Shown here in pieces: positions 28,945-37,821 of a stretch of DNA of 64,000 nucleotides. The stretch covers positions 47,545 through 111,544 of the forward strand of contig CAVYLO010000001.1 of NCBI GenBank assembly GCA_963769445.1, written 5' to 3'. A program made the position numbers and the translations under genes. This DNA is from an uncultured Actinomycetota bacterium (GTDB lineage: Bacteria; Actinomycetota; Actinomycetes; Propionibacteriales; Nocardioidaceae). A model generated the notes under the pieces. That model ran no database searches. It saw only the letters and a program-made list of their open reading frames with translations, and was not told the origin of the DNA. The first letter of the stretch is position 1. Each line of letters starts with the position of its first letter.

Positions 28945-29748
28945 CCGCCACCATCACCACCCCACGTCCGCGCAGAAGTCGCCGTGCGGGCGACGCCCGC
29001 CCCGATCCCGACTGCTCGGATGGTCGCGGTCGAGCTGCGCAAGATGTTCGACACCCGCTCGGGGTTCTGGCTGCTGATGAGCATCGGCATCCTCGGCCTG
29101 GTCGCCACGGCCGCCACGATCGCCTTCGCCCCGGACAGCTCCCTGGGATATTTCACCTTCGCGACCGCGATCGGCTACCCGATGGCGTTCATCCTGCCGA
29201 TCATCGCGATGCTGTCGGTGACCAGCGAGTGGAGCCAGCGCAGTGGATTGACGACCTTCACGCTGGTTCCCCGGCGGGGGCGGGTCCTGGGCGCCAAGGC
29301 CCTCGCTGCGCTCGTCGTCGGGGTGGTCTCGATGGCGGTCGCCTTCGCGATCGGCGCCGTCGGCCATGTCGTCGGATCCAGTCTCAGCGGTCTCGACGCG
29401 GCGTGGGACATCACGCTCGGGCACGCCGCGCTGATCGTGCTGGGCAATCTGCTGAGCATGGCCAGCGGGTTCATGCTGGGGGTCTTGATCCGCAACTCGG
29501 CGGGCGCTGTGGTCGCCTACTTCGGCTACACGGCCATCGCCGCAGCCCTGCTGGGCGTCCTGGGTCAGCTGCAACCTCGATTCGCCGACATCCAGGGCTG
29601 GGTCGACTTCAACTTCGCCCAGGGTCCGGTCTTCGAGGGGGCGATGACGGGGGAGACGTGGGCCCAGCTGGGCGTCACGACCACCGCATGGTTGCTGATC
29701 CCGCTGGTCGTCGGTCTGCTCATCGTGCGGCGGTCCGAGGTCAAGTAG
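28941..29748 (+). CDS. ABC-2-type permease (extra C in the run at 28960-28963 shifts the first few codons)
   Basis: ELRKMFDTR, VTSEWSQR, TFTLVPRRGRVLGAK, about 6 TM segments; RBS AAGGAG and ATGA overlap at 28941 are out of frame with ORF 28984..29748. Confidence 0.85.
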
Positions 29749-29781
29749 ACGGTTGGTGACTCAGGGGTCGAGACTGGACCC

Positions 29782-31110
29782 ATGACTGCTCTGGAACAAC
29801 GCCGCCACCTCGAGACCTCGATCCCCGGCCCCCGATCCGTCGAGCTGATGGCCCGCAAGAACGCCGCGGTGGCCAGCGGGGTCGGCACCACGATGCCGGT
29901 CTTCGCCGTCGAGGCGTCGGGCGGCATCGTCAAGGACGTCGACGGCAACAGCCTGATCGACCTCGGCTCCGGCATCGCCGTCACCACGGTGGGCAACAGT
30001 GCGCCGCGCGTCGTGGCGGCGGTGCAGCATCAGGTCGAGGCGTTCACGCACACCTGCTTCATGGTGACGCCCTACGAGGGGTACATCGCCGTGGCCGAGG
30101 CGCTGGCCCGGCTCACTCCCGGCGACCACGCGAAGAAGTCCGCGCTGTTCAACTCCGGTGCCGAGGCGGTCGAGAACGCCATCAAGATCGCCCGGGCGCA
30201 CACCGGCCGCCAAGCGGTCGTGGTCTTCGACCACGCCTACCACGGGCGCACCAACCTGACGATGGCCATGACCTCCAAGTCCATGCCCTACAAGAGTGGC
30301 TTCGGCCCCTTCGCCCCCGAGGTGTATCGCGCTCCGATGTCCTACCCGTACCGCGATGCCAAGGACATGGACGGTCAGCTCGCGGCGCGTCGGGCGATCT
30401 CGATCATGGAGAAGCAGGTGGGAGCCGGCAATCTCGCAGCCGTCGTGATCGAGCCGATCCAGGGCGAGGGCGGCTTCATCGTGCCGGCCGACGGATTCCT
30501 CGCCGAGCTCGCCGAGTGGTGCACCACCCAAGGCGTGGTGTTCGTGGCCGACGAGGTGCAGACCGGCTTCGCCCGCACCGGCGCGATGTTCGCGTGCGAC
30601 CACGAAGGCGTCGTGCCCGACCTGATCGTGACGGCCAAGGGGATCGCGGGCGGATTCCCGCTGTCGGCGGTCACGGGTCGCGCCGAGATGATGGACGCTC
30701 CGCACGTGTCCGGTCTGGGTGGCACGTACGGCGGAAATCCGGTGGCCTGTGCGGCCGCTCTCGCCACGATCGAGACCATCGAGGCCGACGGCCTGGTCGA
30801 GCGCGCCCGCCAGATCGAGCGCCTCGCCCTGGGCGTGCTGCACCGGTTGCAGGCCGACGACGACCGGATCGGTGACGTGCGCGGTCGCGGGGCCATGCTG
30901 GCGATCGAGCTGGTGGTCTCCGGCAGCGACGAGCCCGATGCGGCTCTGGCCGGAGCCGTCGCCGCCGCCGCCCGTGCCGCAGGTGTCATCACGCTGACCT
31001 GCGGCACGTTCGGCAACGTCCTGCGGCTGCTGCCGCCCCTGTCGATCAGCGACGACCTGCTGACCGAGGGGCTCGAGGAGATCGCGTCGGCTCTCTCCTC
31101 GAGCCGCTGA
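29782..31110 (+). CDS. gabT: 4-aminobutyrate--2-oxoglutarate transaminase
   Basis: FTHTCFMV, NSGAEAVENAIK, YHGRT, EPIQGEGGF, DEVQTGFARTG, TAKG, GGTYGGNP. Confidence 0.93.
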   Translation: MTALEQRRHLETSIPGPRSVELMARKNAAVASGVGTTMPVFAVEASGGIVKDVDGNSLIDLGSGIAVTTVGNSAPRVVAAVQHQVEAFTHTCFMVTPYEGYIAVAEALARLTPGDHAKKSALFNSGAEAVENAIKIARAHTGRQAVVVFDHAYHGRTNLTMAMTSKSMPYKSGFGPFAPEVYRAPMSYPYRDAKDMDGQLAARRAISIMEKQVGAGNLAAVVIEPIQGEGGFIVPADGFLAELAEWCTTQGVVFVADEVQTGFARTGAMFACDHEGVVPDLIVTAKGIAGGFPLSAVTGRAEMMDAPHVSGLGGTYGGNPVACAAALATIETIEADGLVERARQIERLALGVLHRLQADDDRIGDVRGRGAMLAIELVVSGSDEPDAALAGAVAAAARAAGVITLTCGTFGNVLRLLPPLSISDDLLTEGLEEIASALSSSR

Positions 31111-31147
31111 CGGCCCGCTGATGCCGGTCGGGCCGTAGGCTGGCCGC

Positions 31148-32155
31148 GTGGTCTATCGCGCCTTCTTCGACACCGTCTTCAGCCGCATGGACCCCGAGAA
31201 GGCTCATGAGCGCGCGTTCGCAGCGATCCGTGCCGGCCGTGTGCTGTCGCCGGTGGTCCGGACGACCGACGCGCCCCGCACCGTCATGGGGATCGACTTC
31301 CCGCATCCCTTCGGACTGGCAGCGGGGTTCGACAAGAACGCGGAGGCCGTGCCGGGGCTGCTGGCCCTCGGTTTCGGCCACGTCGAGATCGGCACCGTGA
31401 CGGCCCAGGCGCAGCCCGGCAACCCGCGACCACGGTTGTTCCGGCTCGTCGCCGATGACGCGATCGTCAATCGCATGGGATTCAACAACGTGGGCGCGGC
31501 TGAGGTCGCTTCACGCCTGCACCGGTTGCGCGCGCGCCGGGTGGGACGCGACGCAGTGATCGGCGTCAACATCGGCAAGACCAAGCTGGTCGAGCCCGAG
31601 GATGCCGTCGCCGACTACGTCGAGAGCGCGCGACTGCTCGCTCCCTTCGCCAGCTACCTCGTCGTCAACGTGTCGAGTCCCAACACCCCGGGTCTGCGTG
31701 ATCTGCAGGCCGTCGACCAGCTCGGTCCGATCCTGTCGGCCGTCAAGGACGTCTGTGGCCAGGTGCCTCTGGTCGTCAAGATCGCGCCCGATCTCGCGAA
31801 CGACGACGTCGAGGCGGTGGCCGATCTGGCGCTCGACCTCGGGCTGGCCGGTATCAGCGCGACCAACACCACCATCGCCCGTCCGGCGTCGCTGCGTTCT
31901 GATCGCTCCGCGGTCGACGCCGCCGGGGCGGGCGGCTTGTCCGGCCCGGTGCTGGCCGAACGCGCGACGGACGTCCTGGCCCAGCTGCGGTCACGTGTCG
32001 GGGATCGGCTTGCCCTGATCGGCGTGGGTGGCGTGACGACGCCGGAGGATGTCCGTGCCCGGCTCGACGCAGGCGCTGACCTGGTGCAGGGCTACACCGG
32101 TTTCATCTACGGGGGCCCCGCGTGGCCGTCACGGATGGCCGCCGCCACCGCGTGA
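31148..32155 (+). CDS. pyrD: Quinone-dependent dihydroorotate dehydrogenase
   Basis: GLAAGFDKN, GNPRPRLFR, NRMGFNN, NVSSPNTPGLR, KIAPD, TNTT, GGLSG; TAGGCT 6 bp before GTG (leaderless). Confidence 0.96.
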   Translation: MVYRAFFDTVFSRMDPEKAHERAFAAIRAGRVLSPVVRTTDAPRTVMGIDFPHPFGLAAGFDKNAEAVPGLLALGFGHVEIGTVTAQAQPGNPRPRLFRLVADDAIVNRMGFNNVGAAEVASRLHRLRARRVGRDAVIGVNIGKTKLVEPEDAVADYVESARLLAPFASYLVVNVSSPNTPGLRDLQAVDQLGPILSAVKDVCGQVPLVVKIAPDLANDDVEAVADLALDLGLAGISATNTTIARPASLRSDRSAVDAAGAGGLSGPVLAERATDVLAQLRSRVGDRLALIGVGGVTTPEDVRARLDAGADLVQGYTGFIYGGPAWPSRMAAATA

Positions 32156-32219
32156 ATCGACGCCTGCGCCCCCGATTTCACATCGCGGGTGCGGACCCTG
32201 TATCTTGGGCTGTCGGCTT

Positions 32220-32292
32220 GCCCCTTTAGCTCAGTCGGTAGAGCGTTTCCATGGTAAGGAAGAGGTCTACGGTTCGATTCCGTAAAGGGGCT
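32220..32292 (+). tRNA. tRNA-Thr(GGT)
   Basis: GCCCCTT/AAGGGGC acceptor, TTTCC-ATGGTAA-GGAAG anticodon arm, TTCGATT T-loop. Confidence 0.97.
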
Positions 32293-32320
32293 CTGGGAGA
32301 CGAGGGCACTCGTCCCTCGC

Positions 32321-32394
32321 GGCGGGGTAGCTCAGTTGGTCAGAGCGCACGACTCATAATCGTGAGGTCGCGGGTTCGAGCCCCGCCTCCGCTA
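32321..32394 (+). tRNA. tRNA-Met(CAT), elongator type
   Basis: GGCGGGG/CTCCGCT acceptor, CACGA-CTCATAA-TCGTG anticodon arm; lacks the three initiator G-C pairs; Thr-Met-rpmG order. Confidence 0.93.
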
Positions 32395-32440
32395 CACACC
32401 GCATGACACCGCAGTACACCGATCAAGAAGAGGCACCCTC

Positions 32441-32611
32441 GTGGCCAGCAAGAGCTCTGACGTTCGTCCCAAGATCACCTTGGCCTGCACCGAGTGCAAG
32501 GAACGCAATTACATCACCAAGAAGAACCGTCGCAACGATCCCGATCGTCTCGACATCAAGAAGTTCTGCCCCCGGTGCAAGGTGCACCAGGTGCACCGCG
32601 AGACTCGCTGA
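32441..32611 (+). CDS. rpmG: 50S ribosomal protein L33 (Zn-ribbon, C+ form)
   Basis: Read by hand (below the ORF-track cutoff): [56 protein letters not shown]. Confidence 0.98.
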   Translation: MASKSSDVRPKITLACTECKERNYITKKNRRNDPDRLDIKKFCPRCKVHQVHRETR

Positions 32612-32630
32612 CCCCACGCACCTGCACGAC

Positions 32631-32659
32631 GGCCCCTCCTGCGCGCGCCGGAGGGGCTT
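32631..32659 (+). terminator. Hairpin after rpmG
   Basis: GCCCCTCC...GGAGGGGC followed by TT. Confidence 0.6.
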
Positions 32660-32704
32660 CGTCATGTTCCGGGACAGCACGTCGTGGCTGCTAGCGTCGG
32701 CGCC

Positions 32705-33724
32705 GTGGACCTCGCCGACCTGACCACCCTGCGCCTGGGTGGCCCCGCCCGGACGTACGTGGTCGCCGAGACCGAACAGCAGCTGATCGATGCTGTCCGC
32801 GGCGCCGATGCCGCGGGTGTCGCGTCCCTGCTCGTCGCAGGCGGCAGCAACCTCGTCGTGGCGGACGCGGGTTTCGACGGGACGGTCGTGCAGATCGCCA
32901 CGCGGGGGATCGCGGTCGATCGCGACGCGTGCAGCGGCGCGACGGTCACGGTGGCTGCCGGCGAACCCTGGGACGCTTTCGTCGCGCGCGCCGTGGGGGA
33001 GCAGTGGGTGGGCATCGAGGCCTTGTCGGGCATTCCCGGATCGGTCGGCGCCACGCCGATCCAGAACGTCGGCGCGTACGGCCAGGAGGTCGCCGATTCG
33101 ATTGCCACGGTCCGGGTGCTGGATCGACACGACGGTCGCATCCGCACCCTTGCCGCCGCAGACTGCGGATTCGGGTACCGGCACAGTCGATTCAAGGCCG
33201 AGCCGGACCGCTACCTCGTCCTGACCGTCACGTTTCAGCTGCGGCTCGGCGACCTCGGCGCTCCGGTCGCCTACGCCGAGCTCGCTCGCACGCTGGGCGT
33301 CGAGGTGGGGGAACGGGCTTCGCTCACGGCGGTCCGCGACGCCGTGCTGGCGCTGCGTCGCGGCAAGGGGATGGTCCTTGACGCCGCCGATCACGACACA
33401 TGGAGCGCGGGGTCGTTCTTCACCAATCCGTTGCTCACCCCGGAACAGGCGGACACCCTCCCTGCCGAGGCGCCGCGATTCGCGCAGGCCGACGGGTCCA
33501 TCAAGACGAGCGCAGCCTGGCTGATCGATCAGGCGGGATTCGGCAAGGGGCACGGCAACCGGTGCAGCAACGTTGTCGACCAAGCACGTCCTCGCGCTCA
33601 CCAACCGGGGGGAGCCACGACCACCGACCTGCTGGCCCTGGCTCGCGAGGTCCGCGACGGCGTCGAGGCGGCCTACGGCATCGTGCTGGTCAACGAACCG
33701 GTGCTCGTCGGCTGTTCGCTGTAG
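32705..33724 (+). CDS. murB: UDP-N-acetylenolpyruvoylglucosamine reductase (two compensating indels at about 33557 and 33610)
   Basis: LTTLRLGG, GGSN, GIPGSVGATPIQNVGAYG, FGYR, SAGSFFTNP, AAWLI, VNEP; conserved STKHVLALTNRG appears only in the +1 frame between the two indels. Confidence 0.94.
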   Translation: MDLADLTTLRLGGPARTYVVAETEQQLIDAVRGADAAGVASLLVAGGSNLVVADAGFDGTVVQIATRGIAVDRDACSGATVTVAAGEPWDAFVARAVGEQWVGIEALSGIPGSVGATPIQNVGAYGQEVADSIATVRVLDRHDGRIRTLAAADCGFGYRHSRFKAEPDRYLVLTVTFQLRLGDLGAPVAYAELARTLGVEVGERASLTAVRDAVLALRRGKGMVLDAADHDTWSAGSFFTNPLLTPEQADTLPAEAPRFAQADGSIKTSAAWLIDQAGFGKGHGNRCSNVVDQARPRAHQPGGATTTDLLALAREVRDGVEAAYGIVLVNEPVLVGCSL

Positions 33725-33730
33725 CGGCCG

Positions 33731-34015
33731 TCACGACGGGTAGCCGCTGTCGTAGCCGTTGATCACGGCGAGGCCGGTCACGATCAGCAGCAGGAGGATG
33801 GTGCCCAGCACCAGCAGCGCGGTGCCGATGACGCCCATCACCAGGCCCGCCTTGGCCTGCCCGCGCCCCTGCCAGCGGCCGGGCTCGCGGTCGATGTCGC
33901 GCAGGGTCGACGCGCCGTAGTACCAGGCCAGCGGCCCCAGCACGGCCATGCCCAGGACCGCGAGGATGCCGAGCGTGAGCGCTGCGGTGGCGCGAGGGTG
34001 CTGCGGATACGTCAT
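33731..34015 (-). CDS. DUF4190-like small membrane protein
   Basis: ATAALTLGILA..G..GRGQAKAGLVMGVIG two-TM pattern. Confidence 0.78.
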   Translation of the reverse strand: MTYPQHPRATAALTLGILAVLGMAVLGPLAWYYGASTLRDIDREPGRWQGRGQAKAGLVMGVIGTALLVLGTILLLLIVTGLAVINGYDSGYPS

Positions 34016-34022
34016 GGCGTCA

Positions 34023-35054
34023 TCATGCCGGGGCCGGAGGACTGGCGAGCCACGAGTCGACTCCGGCCAGCGCGTCCTGCACGAGGTCCGTCGGGGCCGC
34101 TGAAGCCCGCAGCGACATGCGGGCCAGCTCGGCCAGGTCGAGGTCGGCAAAATCCTGCGCGACTCGCATCAGGGCGTACTGACCACCCAGGCTGGATCCG
34201 AACAGCAGCGGGTCGTCGGCGCCCAGGGCGACGTCGATCCCGGCATCCATGAAGGTGCGAACCGGCACCTCCTCGAGGGTCGCGTACACCCCGAGCGACA
34301 CGTTGGAGACCGGACAGACCTCCAGGGCGACGCCACTGGTCGCCAATCGGTCAAGCACCCGGGGGTCCTCGGCCGAGCGCACACCGTGACCCAGCCGGTG
34401 GGCGTGCAGTGCGTCCAGTGCGGTCGTGACATTGGCTGGTCCGAGCAGCTCCCCGGCGTGGGGCACGAGCCGAAGTCCGGCGCGATCGGCGATGGCGAAC
34501 GCCGCCGCGAACTCGGTGGTGTCGCCCCGTCGCTCGTCGTTGGACAGGCCGAAGCCGAGCACACCCCGACCGGCGTACTGCGCCGCGAGCCGCGCGAGCG
34601 TGCGGGCATCGAGCGGGTGGCGGGTGCGGTTGGCCGCCACCACGACGCCCATCCCCAGCCCAGTGCTCGCCGTCGCCTCGCGCACCGCATCGATCACGAG
34701 CTCGGTGAAGGCGGTGATGCCACCGAAGGTGCTGGCGTAGCCCGACGGATCGACCTGGATCTCGGTCCACACCGCACCGTCGCGCACGTCGTCCTCGGCC
34801 GCTTCGCGCACCAGGCGTCGGATGTCCTCCTCGGTCCGCAGCACCGATCGCGCGACGTCGTACAGACGCTGGAACCGGAACCAGCCCTTCTCGTCCGTGG
34901 CGACCAGCTGGGGCGGCCAGTCCTCGACGAGTGAGGCCGGCAGTCGGACGCCGTCACGGGCGGCGAGCTCGAGCAGCGTGCCGTGCCGCATCGAACCGGT
35001 GAAGTGCAGATGCAGGTGAGCCTTCGGCAGCGAAGAGATCGCGCGGTGGCCCAT
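34023..35054 (-). CDS. add: Adenosine deaminase family protein
   Basis: LPKAHLHLHFTGS, PHAGE, RLGHGVR, LEVCPVSN, LGADDP. Confidence 0.9.
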   Translation of the reverse strand: MGHRAISSLPKAHLHLHFTGSMRHGTLLELAARDGVRLPASLVEDWPPQLVATDEKGWFRFQRLYDVARSVLRTEEDIRRLVREAAEDDVRDGAVWTEIQVDPSGYASTFGGITAFTELVIDAVREATASTGLGMGVVVAANRTRHPLDARTLARLAAQYAGRGVLGFGLSNDERRGDTTEFAAAFAIADRAGLRLVPHAGELLGPANVTTALDALHAHRLGHGVRSAEDPRVLDRLATSGVALEVCPVSNVSLGVYATLEEVPVRTFMDAGIDVALGADDPLLFGSSLGGQYALMRVAQDFADLDLAELARMSLRASAAPTDLVQDALAGVDSWLASPPAPA

Positions 35055-35084
35055 GACCGCCATCTTGTCAGCCGCGCCCCGTCG

Positions 35085-35176
35085 TCGGTTTACCAGCAGG
35101 CCACGGATTGTTGTCACCTCTGTGGGTGAATTCACCTACAGGGGTGGACGTTCTCCGTGGCCTGCTGGTAAACCGA
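35085..35176. repeat. 92-bp near-perfect palindrome centred on GAATTC
   Basis: 35085-35107 is the exact reverse complement of 35154-35176 (23 bp); 35114-35130 pairs with 35131-35147 with three G-T wobbles. Confidence 0.92.
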
Positions 35177-35311
35177 GGCGGCGGTTGGCTGCTGTGGTGG
35201 TCAGTTCGACTCGAACGGGACCGACCACGTACACTTCCTGAACCGGCGAAACTCACTCTAGATCGTCATGCCCTCACCCGGGTTGGGCGAGCCGGGGCGT
35301 GAGACCGGTGG

Positions 35312-35384
35312 ACGGCACTAGCTCAACTGGTAGAGCATCGGTCTCCAAAACCGAAGGTTGGGGGTTCAAGTCCCTCGTGCCGTG
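35312..35384 (+). tRNA. tRNA-Trp(CCA)
   Basis: ACGGCAC/GTGCCGT acceptor, G73, TCGGT-CTCCAAA-ACCGA anticodon arm, TTCAAGT T-loop; directly before secE. Confidence 0.96.
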
Positions 35385-35422
35385 CGAGATCGAAGTACCC
35401 GAGAAGCCAATCAAGGAGCACA

Positions 35423-35641
35423 GTGAGCGACAGTCACGAAGTGGCCAGCAAGCGCGGTCGGACGTCGCCCATCACGTTCTACCGTCAGGCCGTTGCTGAG
35501 CTCCGCAAGGTCCATTGGCCGACGCGCCCCCAGGTCGTCAACTACTTCTTCGTGGTCCTGGTGTTCGTGCTGATCATGATGGCGATCGTTGCCGGCCTCG
35601 ACTTCGGTCTGGCCAAGGCGATGTTCTGGATCTTCGCCTGA
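35423..35641 (+). CDS. secE: Preprotein translocase subunit SecE
   Basis: ELRKVHWPTR motif followed by one TM helix; RBS AAGGAG. Confidence 0.96.
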   Translation: MSDSHEVASKRGRTSPITFYRQAVAELRKVHWPTRPQVVNYFFVVLVFVLIMMAIVAGLDFGLAKAMFWIFA

Positions 35642-35689
35642 CCACCCCGCGCCCCCCATTTCCCAGTGACCCCAGAAGAGGATGCCGAC

Positions 35690-36467
35690 GTGCCTGACGT
35701 GACCACCGAAAACACGGAGCAAGACACGACCGAAGGCTCGGACCCCACCGACCAGGTCGAGGACGCTCCTGTCGAGGACGTGCCCGCCAGACGCCACCGT
35801 CGACGAGGTCGAGTCCGACGAGGTCGAGTCCGATGAGGACGAGGCGCCCGTCGTCGACGCACTGCAGGAGTTCAAGGACCGTCTCTACACCCAGTTCGGC
35901 GACTGGTACGTCGTGCACACCTACTCCGGCATGGAGAAGCGGGTCAAGGCCAACCTCGAGAACCGCATCACCTCGCTGAACGCCGAAGACTTCATCTTCG
36001 AGGTCGTCGTGCCGACCGAAGAGGTCGCCGAGATCAAGAATGGCCAGCGCAAGCTGGTCAAGCGCACCGTGCTGCCCGGCTATGTCCTGGTGCGCATGGA
36101 CCTCACCGACGAGTCGTGGGGCGTCGTCCGTCACACCCCGTCGGTCACCGGGTTCGTGGGCAACTCGCACCAGCCCGTCCCCCTCAGTCTTGCCGAGGTC
36201 GAGTCCATGCTCGCCCCGGCAGTGGAGGCTCAGGTCGCCATCGCGGCCGACGCCTCCGATCAGCAGCAGACGGCTGCGGCCGCCAAGATCGAGTTCACCG
36301 ACTTCGCGGTCAACGACTCCGTCATGGTGGTCGATGGCCCGTTCGCCACGCTGCACGCGACCATCACCGAGATGAACATCGACGCTCAGCGGGTCAAGGC
36401 CCTGGTCGAGATCTTCGGTCGCGAAACGCCGGTCGAGCTCAGCTTCACCCAGATTCAGAAGGTCTGA
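35690..36467 (+). CDS. nusG: Transcription termination/antitermination factor NusG with acidic N-terminal extension (extra base at about 35783-35788)
   Basis: [48 protein letters not shown]; the GTG 35690 frame joins the main frame after removing one C. Confidence 0.93.
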
Positions 36468-36516
36468 CCGCGCGAGCGATCACAGGCACAACCCCACTAC
36501 GAAGGACCCGAAACAC

Positions 36517-36945
36517 ATGCCTCCCAAGAAGAAAGTCGCAGCCATCGTCAAGGTGCAGCTGCAGGCCGGTTCGGCCAACCCCGCACCGCCCGTCGGTACC
36601 GCACTCGGCCCTCACGGCGTCAACATCATGGAGTTCTGCAAGGCGTACAACGCCGCCACAGAGTCCATGCGTGGAAACGTCGTCCCGGTCGAGATCACGA
36701 TCTACGAAGATCGCTCGTTCACCTTCGTCACCAAGACGCCGCCTGCGGCCGAGCTGATCAAGAAGGCCGCTGGCCTGAAGAAGGGCTCGTCGGTTCCGCA
36801 CACGGACAAGGTCGGCAAGATCTCCAAGGCGCAGATCCGCGAGATCGCCACGACCAAGATGCCCGACCTCAACGCCAACGACATTGATCAGGCGATGAAG
36901 ATCGTGGAGGGCACAGCGCGCTCCATGGGCGTCACGACCGACTAG
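36517..36945 (+). CDS. rplK: 50S ribosomal protein L11
   Basis: [35 protein letters not shown]. Confidence 0.99.
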   Translation: MPPKKKVAAIVKVQLQAGSANPAPPVGTALGPHGVNIMEFCKAYNAATESMRGNVVPVEITIYEDRSFTFVTKTPPAAELIKKAAGLKKGSSVPHTDKVGKISKAQIREIATTKMPDLNANDIDQAMKIVEGTARSMGVTTD

Positions 36946-36968
36946 TAGTTACCACCCCCGTACCACTA

Positions 36969-36999
36969 GTGGCAGGGCCAGCTGGGCCCGCTTGACCAC
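36969..36999 (+). promoter_or_regulatory. Candidate ribosomal protein L1 autoregulatory RNA site before rplA
   Basis: GTGG-CA-GGGCC-loop-GGCCC-GCTTGA-CCAC stem with asymmetric internal loop in the rplK-rplA spacer, where the L1 site is expected in Actinobacteria. Confidence 0.5.
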
Positions 37000-37035
37000 G
37001 ACTGGACACACCCACACACAAAGGAAGTACCAGAG

Positions 37036-37752
37036 ATGGCACAGCACTCCAAGGCATACCGCGCGGTTGCCGACAAGATCGACAAGGATTCGGTGTACAC
37101 GCCCCTTGCGGCCACCACGTTGGCTCGCGAGTCCGGCAGCGCGAACTACGACTCGACCGTCGACGTGTCGATGCGTCTGGGCGTCGACCCTCGCAAGGCC
37201 GACCAGATGGTGCGCGGCACCGTCAACCTCCCGCACGGCACGGGCAAGACCGCCCGAGTCCTGGTCTTCGCCACCGGCGCCAACGCTGACGCCGCCCGCG
37301 AGGCCGGCGCCGACTTCGTCGGCTCCGACGACATGGTCGAGAAGGTCAGCGACGGCTGGCTCGACTTCGACGCCGTCGTCGCGACGCCGGACATGATGGG
37401 CAAGGTCGGTCGTCTCGGCCGCGTCCTCGGCCCGCGCAACCTGATGCCCAACCCCAAGACGGGCACGGTCACGACCGACGTCGCGAAGGCCGTGGGCGAC
37501 ATCAAGGGCGGCAAGATCGAGTTCCGCGTCGACCGTCACTCCAACCTGCACTTCGTGATCGGCAAGGCGTCGTTCAGCGCCGAGCAGCTCGCCGAGAACT
37601 ACGGCGCGGCGTACGACGAGGTCCTGCGACTGAAGCCGGCCAGCTCCAAGGGTCGCTACGTCAGCAAGATCGTCGTCTCCACGACGAACGGCCCCGGCGT
37701 TCCGGTCGACCCGAGCCGCGTCCGCAACTACGCGGGCACCGACGAAGCCTGA
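37036..37752 (+). CDS. rplA: 50S ribosomal protein L1
   Basis: [39 protein letters not shown]. Confidence 0.99.
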   Translation: MAQHSKAYRAVADKIDKDSVYTPLAATTLARESGSANYDSTVDVSMRLGVDPRKADQMVRGTVNLPHGTGKTARVLVFATGANADAAREAGADFVGSDDMVEKVSDGWLDFDAVVATPDMMGKVGRLGRVLGPRNLMPNPKTGTVTTDVAKAVGDIKGGKIEFRVDRHSNLHFVIGKASFSAEQLAENYGAAYDEVLRLKPASSKGRYVSKIVVSTTNGPGVPVDPSRVRNYAGTDEA

Positions 37753-37763
37753 GCACCACCGTC

Positions 37764-37806
37764 CGGCGCCCCCTCACCCGCTCTGTGGCGGTGTGTGGGG
37801 GCGCCG
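37764..37806 (+). terminator. Hairpin after rplA
   Basis: CGGCGCCCC...GGGGCGCCG inverted repeat. Confidence 0.55.
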
Positions 37807-37821
37807 ACGTATTCTCGGCAC

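Noticed and set aside
32152-32175. Possible attR copy of the tRNA-Tyr 3' end (GAATCGACGCCTGCGCC versus GAATCCTGCACCTGCCA)
   Set aside because: Similarity is too weak for a high-GC sequence and no integrase is present
35803-35840. 15-bp tandem duplication GACGAGGTCGAGTCC in the nusG 5' region; acidic tail of L10
   Set aside because: Low-complexity acidic extensions are common on actinobacterial NusG and L10
35690-35913. Programmed frameshifting or a pseudogene in nusG (also murB, egtD, mceDEF)
   Set aside because: No slippery heptamer or stimulatory structure seen; core genes are affected and murB has a compensating pair; sequencing error is simpler
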